From the human T2T-CHM13v2.0 reference genome, Homo sapiens: a stretch of 64,000 nucleotides of DNA. The translations under genes and the position numbers were made by a program. This document shows, piece by piece, positions 1-14,269 of the stretch (its first letter is position 1; each line of letters begins with the position of its first letter). The notes beneath the pieces were generated by a model. The model was not told where the DNA came from and did not search any database. It saw only the letters and a list, made by a program, of their open reading frames with translations. The DNA lies in NCBI RefSeq assembly GCF_009914755.1, contig NC_060935.1, one strand, 5' to 3'.

Positions 1-1493
1 CGTTTCTACTGCTGATAGATGGAGAAGCATGTAATCCCTCAAACAGCAGGGGCTTAGCTATGCAGAAGGACAGGAGCAGCAAATGTGCCCCTCAGGCATC
101 GTCTGCAAGTGCAATGTCTTCAACATTATATTTTAAGAAAATATGTTGCCATGATGGCTGTTAAGGTCAACCTGAAAAGACTCTGAGGATTCTGTACAAA
201 CACAAGGGTCAGGCTGTTCCAGACCAAATAGAAACATCAGATGTCAGACTAAAGGCCCTGGCCAAGACCACCCCAGAAGGTGGCAAAGAAAGACACTTTT
301 GTCATGTGCCTGTTCCTCTTCCTTGATGTTAAAACCTACCTTTGAGTCCACCAAAAGCCCCACAGCTCTCCCTTCTAACCACATTTAATTAAAATTTCTA
401 CTGAGGTTTTATTTTTACCGTCTGAATTCTATAAACTTTCTGAGACCAGAGGGAGAAAAAAGGACATAGGAAACAGAGAGAGATACAACTAGGCAGCTTG
501 GGCTCCTCACCCATCCCTACTCACTGCCCCCTCATCTTGTGCTGTCTGAATCTCTGGTATTGATGTCTAAGCAGCACACAACATTCCTAACCGCTGGAGG
601 ATCTGACCACCGGCTCCATGGGGCTGATGACACCGACAAGGCCAAGCAGGAATGATGAGACTGTGAGTCAGAGGCGACAGATTGCTTGCTGGGGCTCTTG
701 GTGATTCTATCCCTCCCCCTGAGCTTTTGAGAGCCAACCTGTCACCAAGTGACCCTCAGTCTAGCCTGGCTGGATCTCAACCTCGGTGACCTCAGTCTTC
801 TCCTTCCTTCTCACAGCTGCTCCTGTTAACAGCATACTGACAGCTGGAGAATCAAGGCCATCATCACCCTCCCTTTGGGTACCAGGAGTGATAAAACTTT
901 CAATGGATTTGCTAGAAATCTGATTTTTTATCATGTACCCTGAGGAGAGGTAGAGGATCGAAAATGAATGTGTTGCTTTCTTTCCTTTCTCATCCTTTAT
1001 TAAGCACACTGTCTCACACTGTGGCTTTTCATTCATCCTCCTCTACACCCAGCACCCACTAAGGATATATATGAGCCCTTGACACATACCAGCTCATTAT
1101 ATTCTCATAACCTCCCTTTGAGGTAGGTTATTTTCTTCATTTAGCAGATAAGGAAACAGGGTAAATAAATTGCCCCAGGTAACACGGCTTTCAGGTGAAA
1201 AGAAAGATCAGAACTCAGCTTTTTGGGGCCAAAGCCTTGCTCTTTCCAACACAATAATTGGTTCCTGAGAGTTCATGCCTCTGACTTTACAGTTGAAGAA
1301 GAAAGCAGCATTGGTGAGTAGAAACATCCAGAAATGAGGCTGCCCAAATTTGAATCCCAGCTCCACCAGTTCCCAGGTGGCCTTGGGCGAGTCACTAAAC
1401 TTCTTAGTTTTCTCGTCTGTGAAATGTGGGTAATAATAGTACTTCTTCATGGTTGTGATGAGTATACAAAACCTAATAAAAGGAAAATGGTTA

Positions 1494-1791
<298 letters not shown>

Positions 1792-1989
1792 GGAAAGTGG
1801 CGAGCAGGATGCTCAGTAAGCACTTAGTGTTATCATGTTTAAGATCAACAATCATGCTCTGAGTCTTATCAGTAGTCTATTCAGAACAGAGCTCTGCTTC
1901 CAATAGTGACACCAAAGGAAAGTTTAGGGGAGATATTGTTATATTCTGAGATCACTGAAAATGGTTGATGAATAACCTGTTTCAGATAC

Positions 1990-2230
1990 TAATAGCAAAC
2001 ACCTTCACAGCACTTTCTATATACCAGACACAGTTCTAGGTTGTTCATCTATATCATCTCATTTAATCCTTACAACAACCCTATAGCATAGGGACAATTA
2101 ACACTTCTATTTATAGATGAGAAAACTGAGGTCCAGAGGGGTTAAATACTCACAAGTAGTAAGTAGCAGAGACAGGATTCAAATCCAAGTAGGCTGTTTC
2201 CAGAGTCAGAGAGCATTAACCATCATGCTG
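1990..2230 (-). mobile_element. MIR
   Basis: MIR core tttatagatgagaaaactgaggtccagagggg...ggattcaaatcc. Confidence 0.7.
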
Positions 2231-3487
2231 GTCTGGCTCTCAGGTATGTCGTTCATCATTCTGAATGGCAACAACAACAATAAACTTACATGGAGAGCTT
2301 GCTCTGAGCCAGAAACCATGCCGAGTGCTTTCCGTGTGTTTCTCTGTGTTCTTTCATTTAGTCCTCACAATTGCATTACTATCTTGCATTTTATATATGA
2401 AGAAACCAAGGCACAGAAAGATTAAGTACCTTAATCAAGGTTATACAGTAAGTGGCAGAGCTGGGACTCAGTCTGTGTGCATCAGAAGCCCATGTTCTCA
2501 TTTACAACACACTCCCCAGACCACCTGTATTGAAACTACCTGGGATGCTTGTTTAAAAGTCTTATTCCTGGACCACAGTCCAGACATCTTCCCTCAGAAT
2601 CTCTGGAGGTGGGAGCAAAGTCTCTGCCTCTCAAATAAGCATATTCCTTTGAAAATCACAGTTTGGTGATGCTGCTTTTACTATATCCAGGAGAATGCGT
2701 TACCAAAAAGGGACCTTCCCTCCAGTCCATGTAAAGCTGTACTTTGCACTGGTTCTCCTTTCCCACTTGTCTAAAGATGAAAGATAATAATCCTGACTTC
2801 TTAGTGGCCTTGAAAGGGATTCTGATCTTCTGGGCTATACTCTGAACCCACATCCATGGAATCTGCCCCTCCTTTATGCTGCTGGACAACCACGGACAAG
2901 AAACCTTGCCACGGCATTTCCCTACAGCCTCGAGAGGATGGAGGCACAGGGATGAGATTGTTGATGTCACTGCAGTTGAAAAAACACAATGAGCATAAAG
3001 GGTTTTTGAAGAAAAAAATGCATATTTGTCAGACATTACCATTATTCTCTGCAGAACAGAAAAAGACACAGATGGCAAGGGAACGAAGGAGGCGAGATGT
3101 AATGTCTCCTCCAGGGGCCCACACATACATGGCCTTTTCAAGCAGTCTGTTCAGGTTTATATCATGGCATTGTGGGCTCCACCCACTTGCTTTTACATTT
3201 CCTAGTCCCTTTTCTCTAATCCCTCTTCCATTTATCTTGCCCCCTGCTGCTTTACTTTAAAAACAGAAATTCTACATCCATACCCAAAGGGAACAAAACC
3301 CAAACTCTAGGAGCTTGAAGGAGCCCCCAGTTGCCATTATCCTCAACAACTGTGGTGCTGGAAATCCTTGAAGGACAGCTGCTTCTGGGTTATTTCAAAT
3401 GTTGGAATATGAGCTGAATAGGTCTTATTTTTATTAGCATTGGTTACTGAATAAAATAATTGAATAATGCATCTAAAAATATTTGGC

Positions 3488-3805
3488 GGCCAGGTGTGAT
3501 GGCTCATGCCTGTAATCCTAGAGCTTTGGGAGGCCGTGGTGGGGAATGGCTTGAGGTCAGGAGTTTGAGACCAGCCTGGGCAACATAGCAAACCCACCCC
3601 CGCACCACACCCCCTGGTTTCTACAAAAAATTTAAAAATTAGCTGGGCATGGTGGTACACAACTGTGGTCCCAGCTACTCAGGAAGCTGAGGTGGGAGGA
3701 TCACTTGAGCCCAGCAGGTCAAGACTGCAGCAAACCATGATTGTGCCACTGCACTTCAACCTGGGTGACAGACCAAGATCCAGTCTCAAAAAGAAATAAA
3801 TAAAA
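3488..3805 (+). mobile_element. Alu (AluJ/S-like)
   Basis: ggccaggtgtgatggctcatgcctgtaatcc... ending in an A-rich tail. Confidence 0.9.
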
Positions 3806-6139
3806 CTTGGCTATACAATTCAACAAATATTATATCAATCAAAGCACTAGAATGACTACATTAAAAACAATGAAATATAAGCTATACCCTAAAAATCCAA
3901 TCTCGTTTTCCCAAGACCCAAGAATTCTACAAACTATCCTACCTGTTCCCAGGCTTGCACACTTTAAAATCTTCTTTCTGAGTCAGAGTGCATTAGGACT
4001 ACATAAGGGGTCTTGATCTGCCACTGTCTACCTCTTTGCCGAAAGTTTCCAGAATTACTGTTACTGTCCTCCTATCCAGATTCCCCTATGTGAAGCAGAA
4101 GCCAGATTTTCTGTCTACCAAAGGCAGCTGGCCAACAACAGATGTCAAGTGTAGAAATATGTTGAGCCAGGGTGATGCATTTGTAATGGTATGTCCAATG
4201 GGTCCCAAAGCCCTGAGCTGACAGCAACTTCAGGCAGGCTAGTCCTTATTATAGTTACCTCCCCCAGCTCTGCAAGCTAGAACACGATCAAGGGAAACTT
4301 CTTTTTGCCTGAGGATTCCTGGCTGGCTCTAAGCTTGAATCACAACAGGTGGATGGCCATGAGCAACATCTCATCTGCAGACTTTTAAGGGGGCCTCAGT
4401 GTTTGGGGTGGAGCATCATTAGCCCAGAACCACCTGTTCTATAAGACATTATCCCTCACATGCCTACAAGAACCTGCCACCAGCCCTATTTCAAACACAG
4501 AGAAATGAAGCCATGGCATGTGAAAGGCATTTCTCCTAAGGCTGGAAGGTGGATGCATGTTAAAACCAAGGAGAGAGAGCAAGTGTCAACAGACAGATGT
4601 ATGCCAAGTCTTTTGGGATTCTCTTTTTTTTTTCTCTCTCTGACAGAGTCACAGATGAATAGAATGGGACTTTGGCCTGAAAAAGGGAGCCTCAAGAGGA
4701 TCATGTAAGTTTCGTCAAACTATAGACGAAAACACCCAGTATCATTCCTTCTCAATTCCTTGTGAAACTTGTGTTAGTGAGAACAGTACGAGAAGGAAGG
4801 GGAGGAGTATATGACAACTTTAATTTCTCAAGTATTCCCATTTTGCCAGGGAACTATGCTAAGTATGTTAAATGGATTATCTCATTTAATACCTGCAGTC
4901 AACCTATGATATAGACACAATTATCCTCAGTCTGCAGATTGGAAGGTGATAGGGCCACATCAGCGAGGGGAAGTAACTTGCTAAATAAAACCAGCCATAA
5001 ACGACAGAGCGAGGATTCAAACCCTGATCAGTGTTTCAAACCACAATACTTTATACCCCATGCATGTGCACATACTTACATATACACACACAAATATGCA
5101 CCTCATATGCCTACTTTTATTATGCTGTGTGCATGCACATGTAAACTTACATCCATTCTAAGAAATCTGTATCAAAGATGAATTCGGTATATATTCAGTG
5201 GGGGCTGAAAAGATCATAGTTTCCCAAAATCCACTTAGGCAAGATGTCCTTTAAAGGAGCAGCTGATTTCATTCCTCATCCATTGTCACTGCAGTCATCC
5301 TGTCTGAAACAAGTCCGGGCAGAGAGAGAAGGCACACAATGCTAGGGCCAAGGGAAAAACCGTGTTGCATGACAACAAGAACAATATTTAGCGAAGGCAG
5401 GAATAAAGTAGGTCCCACAAACAACAAACAAGGGGTCAATGAACAGCGCAAACCCATGTGCTGTCTCTATGGGATACAGCCCCAGTGTAAACAGACAGAC
5501 CACTTTCAGGTTGTGCAAATCAAGGTCACAGTGACTGGGCTCTACCAGAACTGACAAACACAAGAGAATTTTGACCACAAATTGGACCACAATTCTTACT
5601 TTACATTATAGTCAAATGTTTGGTAGTCGATGATGATCTAATGAAATATCAGTCAGGTAGAAACACTGACAATGCAGGGGGCAGCTCAAACAAATAATCG
5701 CAAGGGATTAGAGAAGCCTCTGTGAGAGGGGGGAAGGGGAAAAAAGAGGTGGGAGAAGGGAGTGATTAGACCCTAGACTTAATGTCCCAGGGATTAGAAG
5801 GATGCTCAAATATTCTCTGTAGACTGATGATAATTGTATCTGACATGATACATCTAGCTGAGAAGTCAAGTCACAGCTCTTCTCACTCCCCCAGACTGCC
5901 ACATCATCAGGCGTGCTAACAAATGAGATTCACAGCTCAGTTTGCCAAATGATCCAAGACCACTCACATTACTACAAGCACCTGGAATACAGGAAATGAG
6001 TTTTCTCCATAGCCCAAATTGATTAGTGCTGGCAAGAACCTTTCTCATAGGAACATGGATGTGCCATCATCTCATGGCCCTTTCAACATCTCAGCAAACG
6101 TTAAGTGATGAGGACATCAGACTTCCTACTCATACCTCA

Positions 6140-6343
6140 GCAAAAGTCTGAAGAGAAGCCCATGATTCTTAGACTTTCAAAGTCCCTTCCTACCCTTTCC
6201 TCTGTAATGGTGAGATATTCTTCCATGTTTTATGCCTTATGGGCAAGAGGTCAGAGTTTTCCAAACTGTATTCCATGAAGCACTAATTCCACTGGATGGT
6301 ATAAGGTAAAAAGACAAAAAGAGGCTCTGTGGTCAAACAACTT
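6140..6343 (+). repeat. Direct repeat, copy A (pairs with 7161-7363)
   Basis: About 204 bp, roughly 90% identical to 7161-7363 by manual alignment. Confidence 0.95.
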
Positions 6344-7160
6344 TGTGAAATATTTCATTATAAAAAATGAATTATAGCTTTCTTTACTGCAGGACTCTGC
6401 AGAGTCTATAATCTCCAAATCCCCCAGACTTATTTCATCATAACATCCTGGATTCTGTTTACTTTTGCTGAATATCTCCCAGGATTAGCATTTCCTGAAA
6501 CCCACTTTGGGAAATGCCAAGCTGAACCATCAGTTCTCTCAGTAGATTGCAAGTGCCTTCAGAAAAAGGACTTTGTCCTGTTCATCTTGATATTGCCAAC
6601 ACCTATAACCATGCCTGGCACCCGATAGGGGCTTGATAAGGATTACTAAATAAATACATGAATATGGACATGGGAGCATGTGTGATTCCAAGTGTAAAGG
6701 CTATTTGTGACAAAGACCGATGTTAGAATCTTCTCTTGCTGTGACTTTTCAGAGTCTCTATTGTACAGAAAGAGGAATCCATTGGGTCCATTAGTGAATA
6801 TTTTTGTTGACTGCAATTTGTATCTCATTTCCACGAGGGCTTGAGATACTTACCCATTCTGTTCTACCAGTGCATTGGCCACAGGACCAGGCTTGCCCAA
6901 AAGGGAGGCTGAACACCATTGAGAAGCAGGCAGTTAACCCCCTGGGAGGCAAAAAGCCAGACCAAAAAGTGTTGTAATGAGGATTCCTTACCACCAGCCA
7001 TGTCCTCACTTCTGCTTGTATCCAAGTAAGCAAAGGTAGGTTGAAAATTATAGGAGTAGATGATACCAGGTAGAAGCTAAGCCCAGGCAACTTGTCTTAG
7101 GACATTTCAGGTGTTCTCCATCATTCTCGTTAACTTCTAAGGAGGGATCCCATGGTGGAT

Positions 7161-7363
7161 GCAAAAGTCTAAAGGGAGGCTCATGTTTCTTAGACTTTCA
7201 AATTCCCTTCTTACCCTTTCCTCTTTAATGGTGAGATATTCTTCCACGTCTTATGCCTTACGGGTGAGAGATCAGAGTTTTCCAAGCTGTATTCCACGGA
7301 GCACTAATTCCACTGGATGGTATAAAGGAAAAGACAAAAAGAGGCTCTGTGGTCAAACAACTT
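7161..7363 (+). repeat. Direct repeat, copy B (pairs with 6140-6343)
   Basis: gcaaaagtct...ggtcaaacaactt is present in both copies. Confidence 0.95.
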
Positions 7364-7455
7364 GAGGTGATCAGAGAATTAACTGATTACTTCAAGTTGT
7401 TTGACCACAGAGCCTCTTTTTGTCTTTTTTTCCCTTATACCATCCAGTGGAATTA
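7305..7455. repeat. Fold-back inverted repeat (about 70 bp stem, 8 nt loop)
   Basis: 7305-7374 is the near-perfect reverse complement of 7383-7455; loop agaattaa. Confidence 0.95.
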
Positions 7456-8674
7456 TAAAGTAAATAGAAGTGCAACTGGATTTGAAAAACATTGATGCTT
7501 TAGTTTCTTGGAGTCATCCAACAATTCATTTGATTTCAAGCAAAACAACCCAACATCCCCTCTCCATCCAGTGGTTTTTCATTAAGCTAGCTGGAATTTT
7601 TTTAACCCACCATCAATTCAGTGCATGAGGACAGTTGTTGTGTCAGTGTGTGAGGACAATTGTGTCTCACCCGAGCTAAAGTTAGCTAAATGTGTTCCTC
7701 ACTCTGTTCTGGCAGCAACAGCCTGGTTTTCCAAACATCAAGTCAACTGACCAGACTTCTACTTACAGAGATGCTTGCTGCCAAACCACTAACTCAACCC
7801 TCTGAGACAGCCAGAACCTCAGAGAGGGCAATGATAAAGATGCCCAGACTGCAGAAATAAAGGCATTTATCCAACACCAGAGAGAGAAGAGTGAGAGAAA
7901 TAGTAGTCTTCATAGCTGCTCAGCCAAGGGGGCCACTTCTTTAAATAGCTGACATAAGATCCAGGACACTGGTGTCTGATAGACAGTAGATCCTCATTCA
8001 AGGTTGAGATGAATTGGTTAAAACCCATCTTAGGATTAGAGGAAAGGGATTGAGTCTCCATCCCCTGCAATATTCATCAACTATGTTTTGCCAAAAAAGA
8101 AGGGGGAAAAATGCTCCCCCTTATTCATTCCAGGTCTGCTCCTCCCATCCCATGGCTTAAGAGTTTACACAGAACACATCCATAAAGGAGCAGACGTACA
8201 CAATGTCAGGGCCACACTGGAAATAAATGGTCTCATTAGCAATTCTGTTCCTCTGCAAACAGACATGTGATTTGGATGATAAAAATTTACCATGGGACAA
8301 AGAAATTCTCACCTCTCATGTCTACTGGGAGCAAGGTACATGACACCATGGACAGCTGTCCCAGAAACTGGTTGGACTTTTGGTCTGCCTGGCACCCCTG
8401 TTTCCTCTAGGGAATGGCTCCTCTTGGGTTCCATGTGGTGCTACTGGGGCTGCTGATGCCTCTGTCTTTTTCCTGCATCCACTCCACCTCCACAGAGGTG
8501 AGAACATGACTTGACACAGGCCAATCTGGGCACTTGGGATGTTCCAGGGATAATCAGACACCCTTACTAACACCATGATTTTTTATCATTTCGCCAAAAT
8601 ACAGCCAGCAGATCTGCCACCGTTGGACCTACTGCTTACTGTGGTGGTGGTGTGTCACATTTCAGGGCATGCCT

Positions 8675-8880
8675 TATGGAGTCAGACTGGATTCAAAAAC
8701 ATGGATATCCAGCTATATGACCTGGGCAGGTACTGAAACCCTTTGCCTAAGCTCTTTTGTGTATGAAGTGGGGGCAAACAACAATAGTACTTACCTCCTA
8801 GGTTTGTGGTGAGGATTAAGTAAATATATATAAAGCATATACGGGAGTGCCTAGTGTTTACCACAAACTCAATAAATTAT
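8675..8880 (+). mobile_element. MIR
   Basis: ggagtcagactggattcaaa...gtgaggattaag...ctcaataaat. Confidence 0.7.
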
Positions 8881-10596
8881 TTGGATAGCCAAACTTGGGA
8901 TTCATTTCCTTAGGTATGCTAGAATGGAAGCCTCTTCAAAGGTGTTTCCACCATTGATGATTGTATCATCAAGGGTAAAGATGCCTTGATGTGCAACCCC
9001 TACTTACTCCACTCTCAACCCACGTGGGCCCTGAGTCTGTCTCATACACAACTGCAACCAAGTAAAAGGGGTAGAGTTGAGTAGGAGGTAGCAGTCACAC
9101 TGATTCAGAGATTAATATCTCCAGCCAACTCCAATTCTCTGCCTTCCTTGAGCAGTTCTGTTTACAGGTATGAGATCTGGTGTGTCCTGAATTTTTTACT
9201 TCTTTCTCTTCATTTTAATCTAAAGCTCTCGCCCAGGTGTTGAGATGACTGACAAACAGAATTCCTTAAACATAGACCAGGCTTGGAATCTAATAGAGTT
9301 TCTGCCACTGATCTGGTGCTTTCAGTTTTCCAGCTGGCCTCTGGGTTCTCTGCCCTGGAATTTAGGAACTGGAAAATGTAAACATTGCATTTCCCTCCCC
9401 TTTAAAATAAAAGAGGAGGGAGGCTGGGCTCTTGTGACTTTCAAATATCCACAAAGTGAGGATGACAGCTCCTCCCCAATGAGGGGGGAATGGGGCACAA
9501 TATTCCCTCATTTATCATGGAAATGGCACTTTTCCCCATTTGCTTACACCCCAAATCAACTGCAGCTTCTAGAGCTGGTCTCAGGGGAGGCAGGTAGAGA
9601 AGTTTTCTTTTGCATCAGGATTGGCCACCCCAGTGGGGCAGATGGAAATAATTTTCAGATCTAAGACCTGTCATTAGGTCCCAGGCACCATTATGTTGGC
9701 CATTTCTGTCTAGCCAGTATAACCCAGATGTGGATAAGATTAAGTCAAATCCATTGTCCATGCCAATGGCATTCTAAAGCCCTCCCCAAGACTTCTGCAT
9801 ATTCCTGAGGGACTTACGGGCTCTAGGTCACCTCTGCTTCTGGGCTCCCATGTCTAAGGTGCTTTGTTCACAGGTTATTGACCCAGATATAACACCCAGC
9901 CCTGTCTTCAGTTTCCACTGAAAGCTTATGCTCAAGGGCATTCATGAAAGTAAAACATTTTACTAAAGAGTTGGAGGTCACAGAGAGAGGTAAGATTATG
10001 CTCCATGAAATATACAGATTAAAATATGTTAGACACTGATAAAAGTCTGATGTACCAGATGCTCTGAAAAATCCTGTTGGCCAATTAGTCCTCAGCAGCT
10101 GAACTCCCTTGTTTCCCTCCATTCACCATCCAGCCTTCCACCTTCTCCCTCTCATTCCCCCTTCCTGTCCCATCCCTCTCAGAAATGGAGGTCAAAACTT
10201 CAAATGCTAGTAAGGATTAGCAGGTATTAAACATATGGGTTGAGAGGTGGAGTGTCAGACCCTAGAGAGGATCCAGCCTACCTCAAGACATTCAGGTTCA
10301 AAACACTCTGAAGCACTTGTGTCCTACTAAATAAATTCTGCAGGCCTTTTGGCTCCAAAGGCTGCCAGTTTCTGGTCTATCAGCACAGTCTCCCTCTTTG
10401 CCACAACCAGCCAAGAAGCAGCAACAATGCCAGTAAAACAGGAGCTAGCAAGGGCTCTCTTTCCCCTGCTTCATGTGCATCCTGAAACCCTAACAAAGTT
10501 AGATGTCCATCAGCATAATCAGTCCATGTGCTGGATGTGTGAATATATGTCCTCCAGGTAACGGAGGAACTTGGGTTCAGAAACTAGACAGCCTGA

Positions 10597-11545
<949 letters not shown>

Positions 11546-14269
11546 ACTTGTATATCCTTAAACCTCTGTGTATCATAGAACCTCTCTGAACCTCATCTGT
11601 AAAACACGGATAATAACAGCAATGCCATTTCAGGGTGGTCTGAGAATTAATGCATATGAAGCCTTTGGCTCAAAGACTGGACACATTAATAAATGTTCAC
11701 TAAATGTTTGCTTGATGTTTAATCTCTTCGTCCTCTGAATTGAGGGACTCATACTAAAATAATTTCTAAAGTCACTCTCAGCTCCTAAACTCCATGATCC
11801 CATCATTAAATTATTTTCCTGTTGGGGATGCCAGGAGCTCTCAGATTGTATATTAGGGGAACACCCTCTTCATGATCCCCGCAAAAATCCACCCGTGCCA
11901 AGAAGGCCCAATTTTCCTAGCTTTCTCCTAGGAATTTGCCAACATATCCCAGTGTAATCTCACATCTCATTTTTCTTGCCACTCCTTCTCCCTTGCTTTC
12001 TTTCCATGTTTCCTTTCTCGGCTGGCTTTTCCTGCCCACTGAATATCTGCACTTCAAATTATCTTCCCTGGTTGCATTTATGTTCATTCCCCACAAGTTA
12101 ATGTCTGTTGGAAGCAACACTTGTGAAGTTCTCCAGATTAAGTTTTCATTCCCAAGAGTCCCATATTTTAAATGAGGTTTTCCTCTTCGGCAGAATCACA
12201 CTGGCAGAGCTACCGCAATTTGGTGAAGTCAGTGGAGTTGGGTTTCTCCCCTCATTCTGTTTATGTTGGGTTATCGCTTGGCCTCATGTTTGGATTCTCA
12301 TCCTCCCAACATGTGTCACATGCCAGTGAGAAACAACACTCTCTGGTACCATCCCAGTGGATGTTTACAATTCAGCAAATACTCTTTTTAGAAAAGTTAA
12401 TTAGAGGAAATACGCTTCCAAGCTTTTCTTGCCTGGGGCCAGATTCAGCATCCCAGCAGGGAGTGGACTTCCTTCACTCCTTGAGGAAATATTTTCCTTC
12501 TCCACGCTATTCCTCCGTCTTCCCTCGAAATGTGAGTAAAACATTCAACAACTAAAATATCCTTGCTAAACACATGAAGCTGCGCTCTGGTTCAGGCAGC
12601 AGTTTAGCTACCAACAAACTGCGTATCCTCTCTGAAGCTTTTTCACAGCCAAAGGTAAAAGAGGTTCTCGGGTCAGAAATAAATGGATTTTTCAGATTCT
12701 GGGCTAGGAAAAAGAGCCAGCTCAGGTTTTTTTATTTTCTTTTAAACTTTTATGGCTTTGAAGCGCCTCACCTGCCATGTAATAAAACAGGAAGCAGGGG
12801 AACGCTGATGTAACCCTGAGGAATCAAATCCACTGAGCCCTGGCACTCTGAGAAGAACCAGGTCCTCTGGAGCTGGTCCACCGACACCATGCAAAGGCGA
12901 AGATGAAGTAGGGAGGTGCCTTAATGCAAAGTCACCCACTTACCCCTAGGCAAGTGTTTAGGTTTATGGATTGTCAGCCCTTATGAAGGGCTCCTTCTTC
13001 CTTTATTATTGTCTTTGGGCTGCTCCAGACACCATGGAGGCAAAATTCAAATGAAACACTCACCATCTTTATTGTAAATCATTAAGGAAGATCCTACCTG
13101 GGCAGGCAGGCTCTAGGTAGATGGAAAGTATTGACCAAAATGAAGGGCAGGGGGGTTTGTGTATCTCAGCTTTTCGTTGATCATGAAGGGATGTGCCTAT
13201 GGCTAAGTTTCCCTTCTACACAGGTTATTGCATTTAGTATCCTCCCCACCCGACCTGGCCTGTTTCATTCTCAGGCACTTGCCAGCTACTTGCAGCGGCA
13301 GAGCACCCAGCTCTCAGATAGAGTTCAGGTGACAGGTAACCAGCACAGAAGGGAAGCAGCGAAGGCTCGTACATAACCTGCCCCTATTCAGAGCTGCCCC
13401 GTTTGGTCATTTCTGTACATCTCGGCCTGCCCTCATCTCATGAGGTCTCACTTTACCCCCTGGGCCATAGAAGGACAGATGTTCCTATGACGTTCCCACT
13501 TCCCCGCCTGCCAGCAAGCAGGATCTGCCATGTCCTCGCTTCTGCCCTTAGCTGGATCTCCGTATCATGTCCCAGCCTCATTTGTCCCCAGAAGCCCGTT
13601 TGACCTGGGGATTGTGGCTTAGAAAATGATATATGAAAACCAAAGAAGCCAGAGCTCTTTCAAAACAAACCCTATGCATCCCAGAAACAATCTGCACTTT
13701 TAACCTTGGCTTTTTCTTCTTTCTCACTCTCATCAGAAAGGAAGTGTGTCTATATATGCTGAGTGAGTCAATCTCCTGTGCTTGGATCTACTCCGAAGGG
13801 GTATGGCTGTAGGAGTTCGTGAAGCAAGATTCACCAGAAGAACACCAAGCAAGCCCTGCTCTTTATTCCTTTCTTTCTTTCCCTCTCTTCTTTCTTTCTT
13901 GCTCACCTCTGAGGGAGCCCTTTCCAAGAGAAACTTCGCTTTTGCAAGTCAGAGCGGGTAACTCAGAATTGATTCCCTAAGGCAATTTGGTACTTTTAAA
14001 ATGATAAAAAGAGCAAATAAAATAGGAGCTGGTCCGCTTTCCTGAGACAGTACAGCCCCACGATTTGGGATGACAAAACCACGTCACAGTCTCAGGGAGG
14101 GCCACAGGAGCTCCAGCACCACCAGCCAAGTCCCTAAAATTATCACTGGAAAAGCACCACCCCCCCTCAACCCCTCACCCCAAACACACACAGCCCACCT
14201 CCTGAGACTCCCAGTCCTGCTCCCAGGCAGACCCCAGGAGGAAAATGCTCCCTCCTAGGGTGTCCTCCT

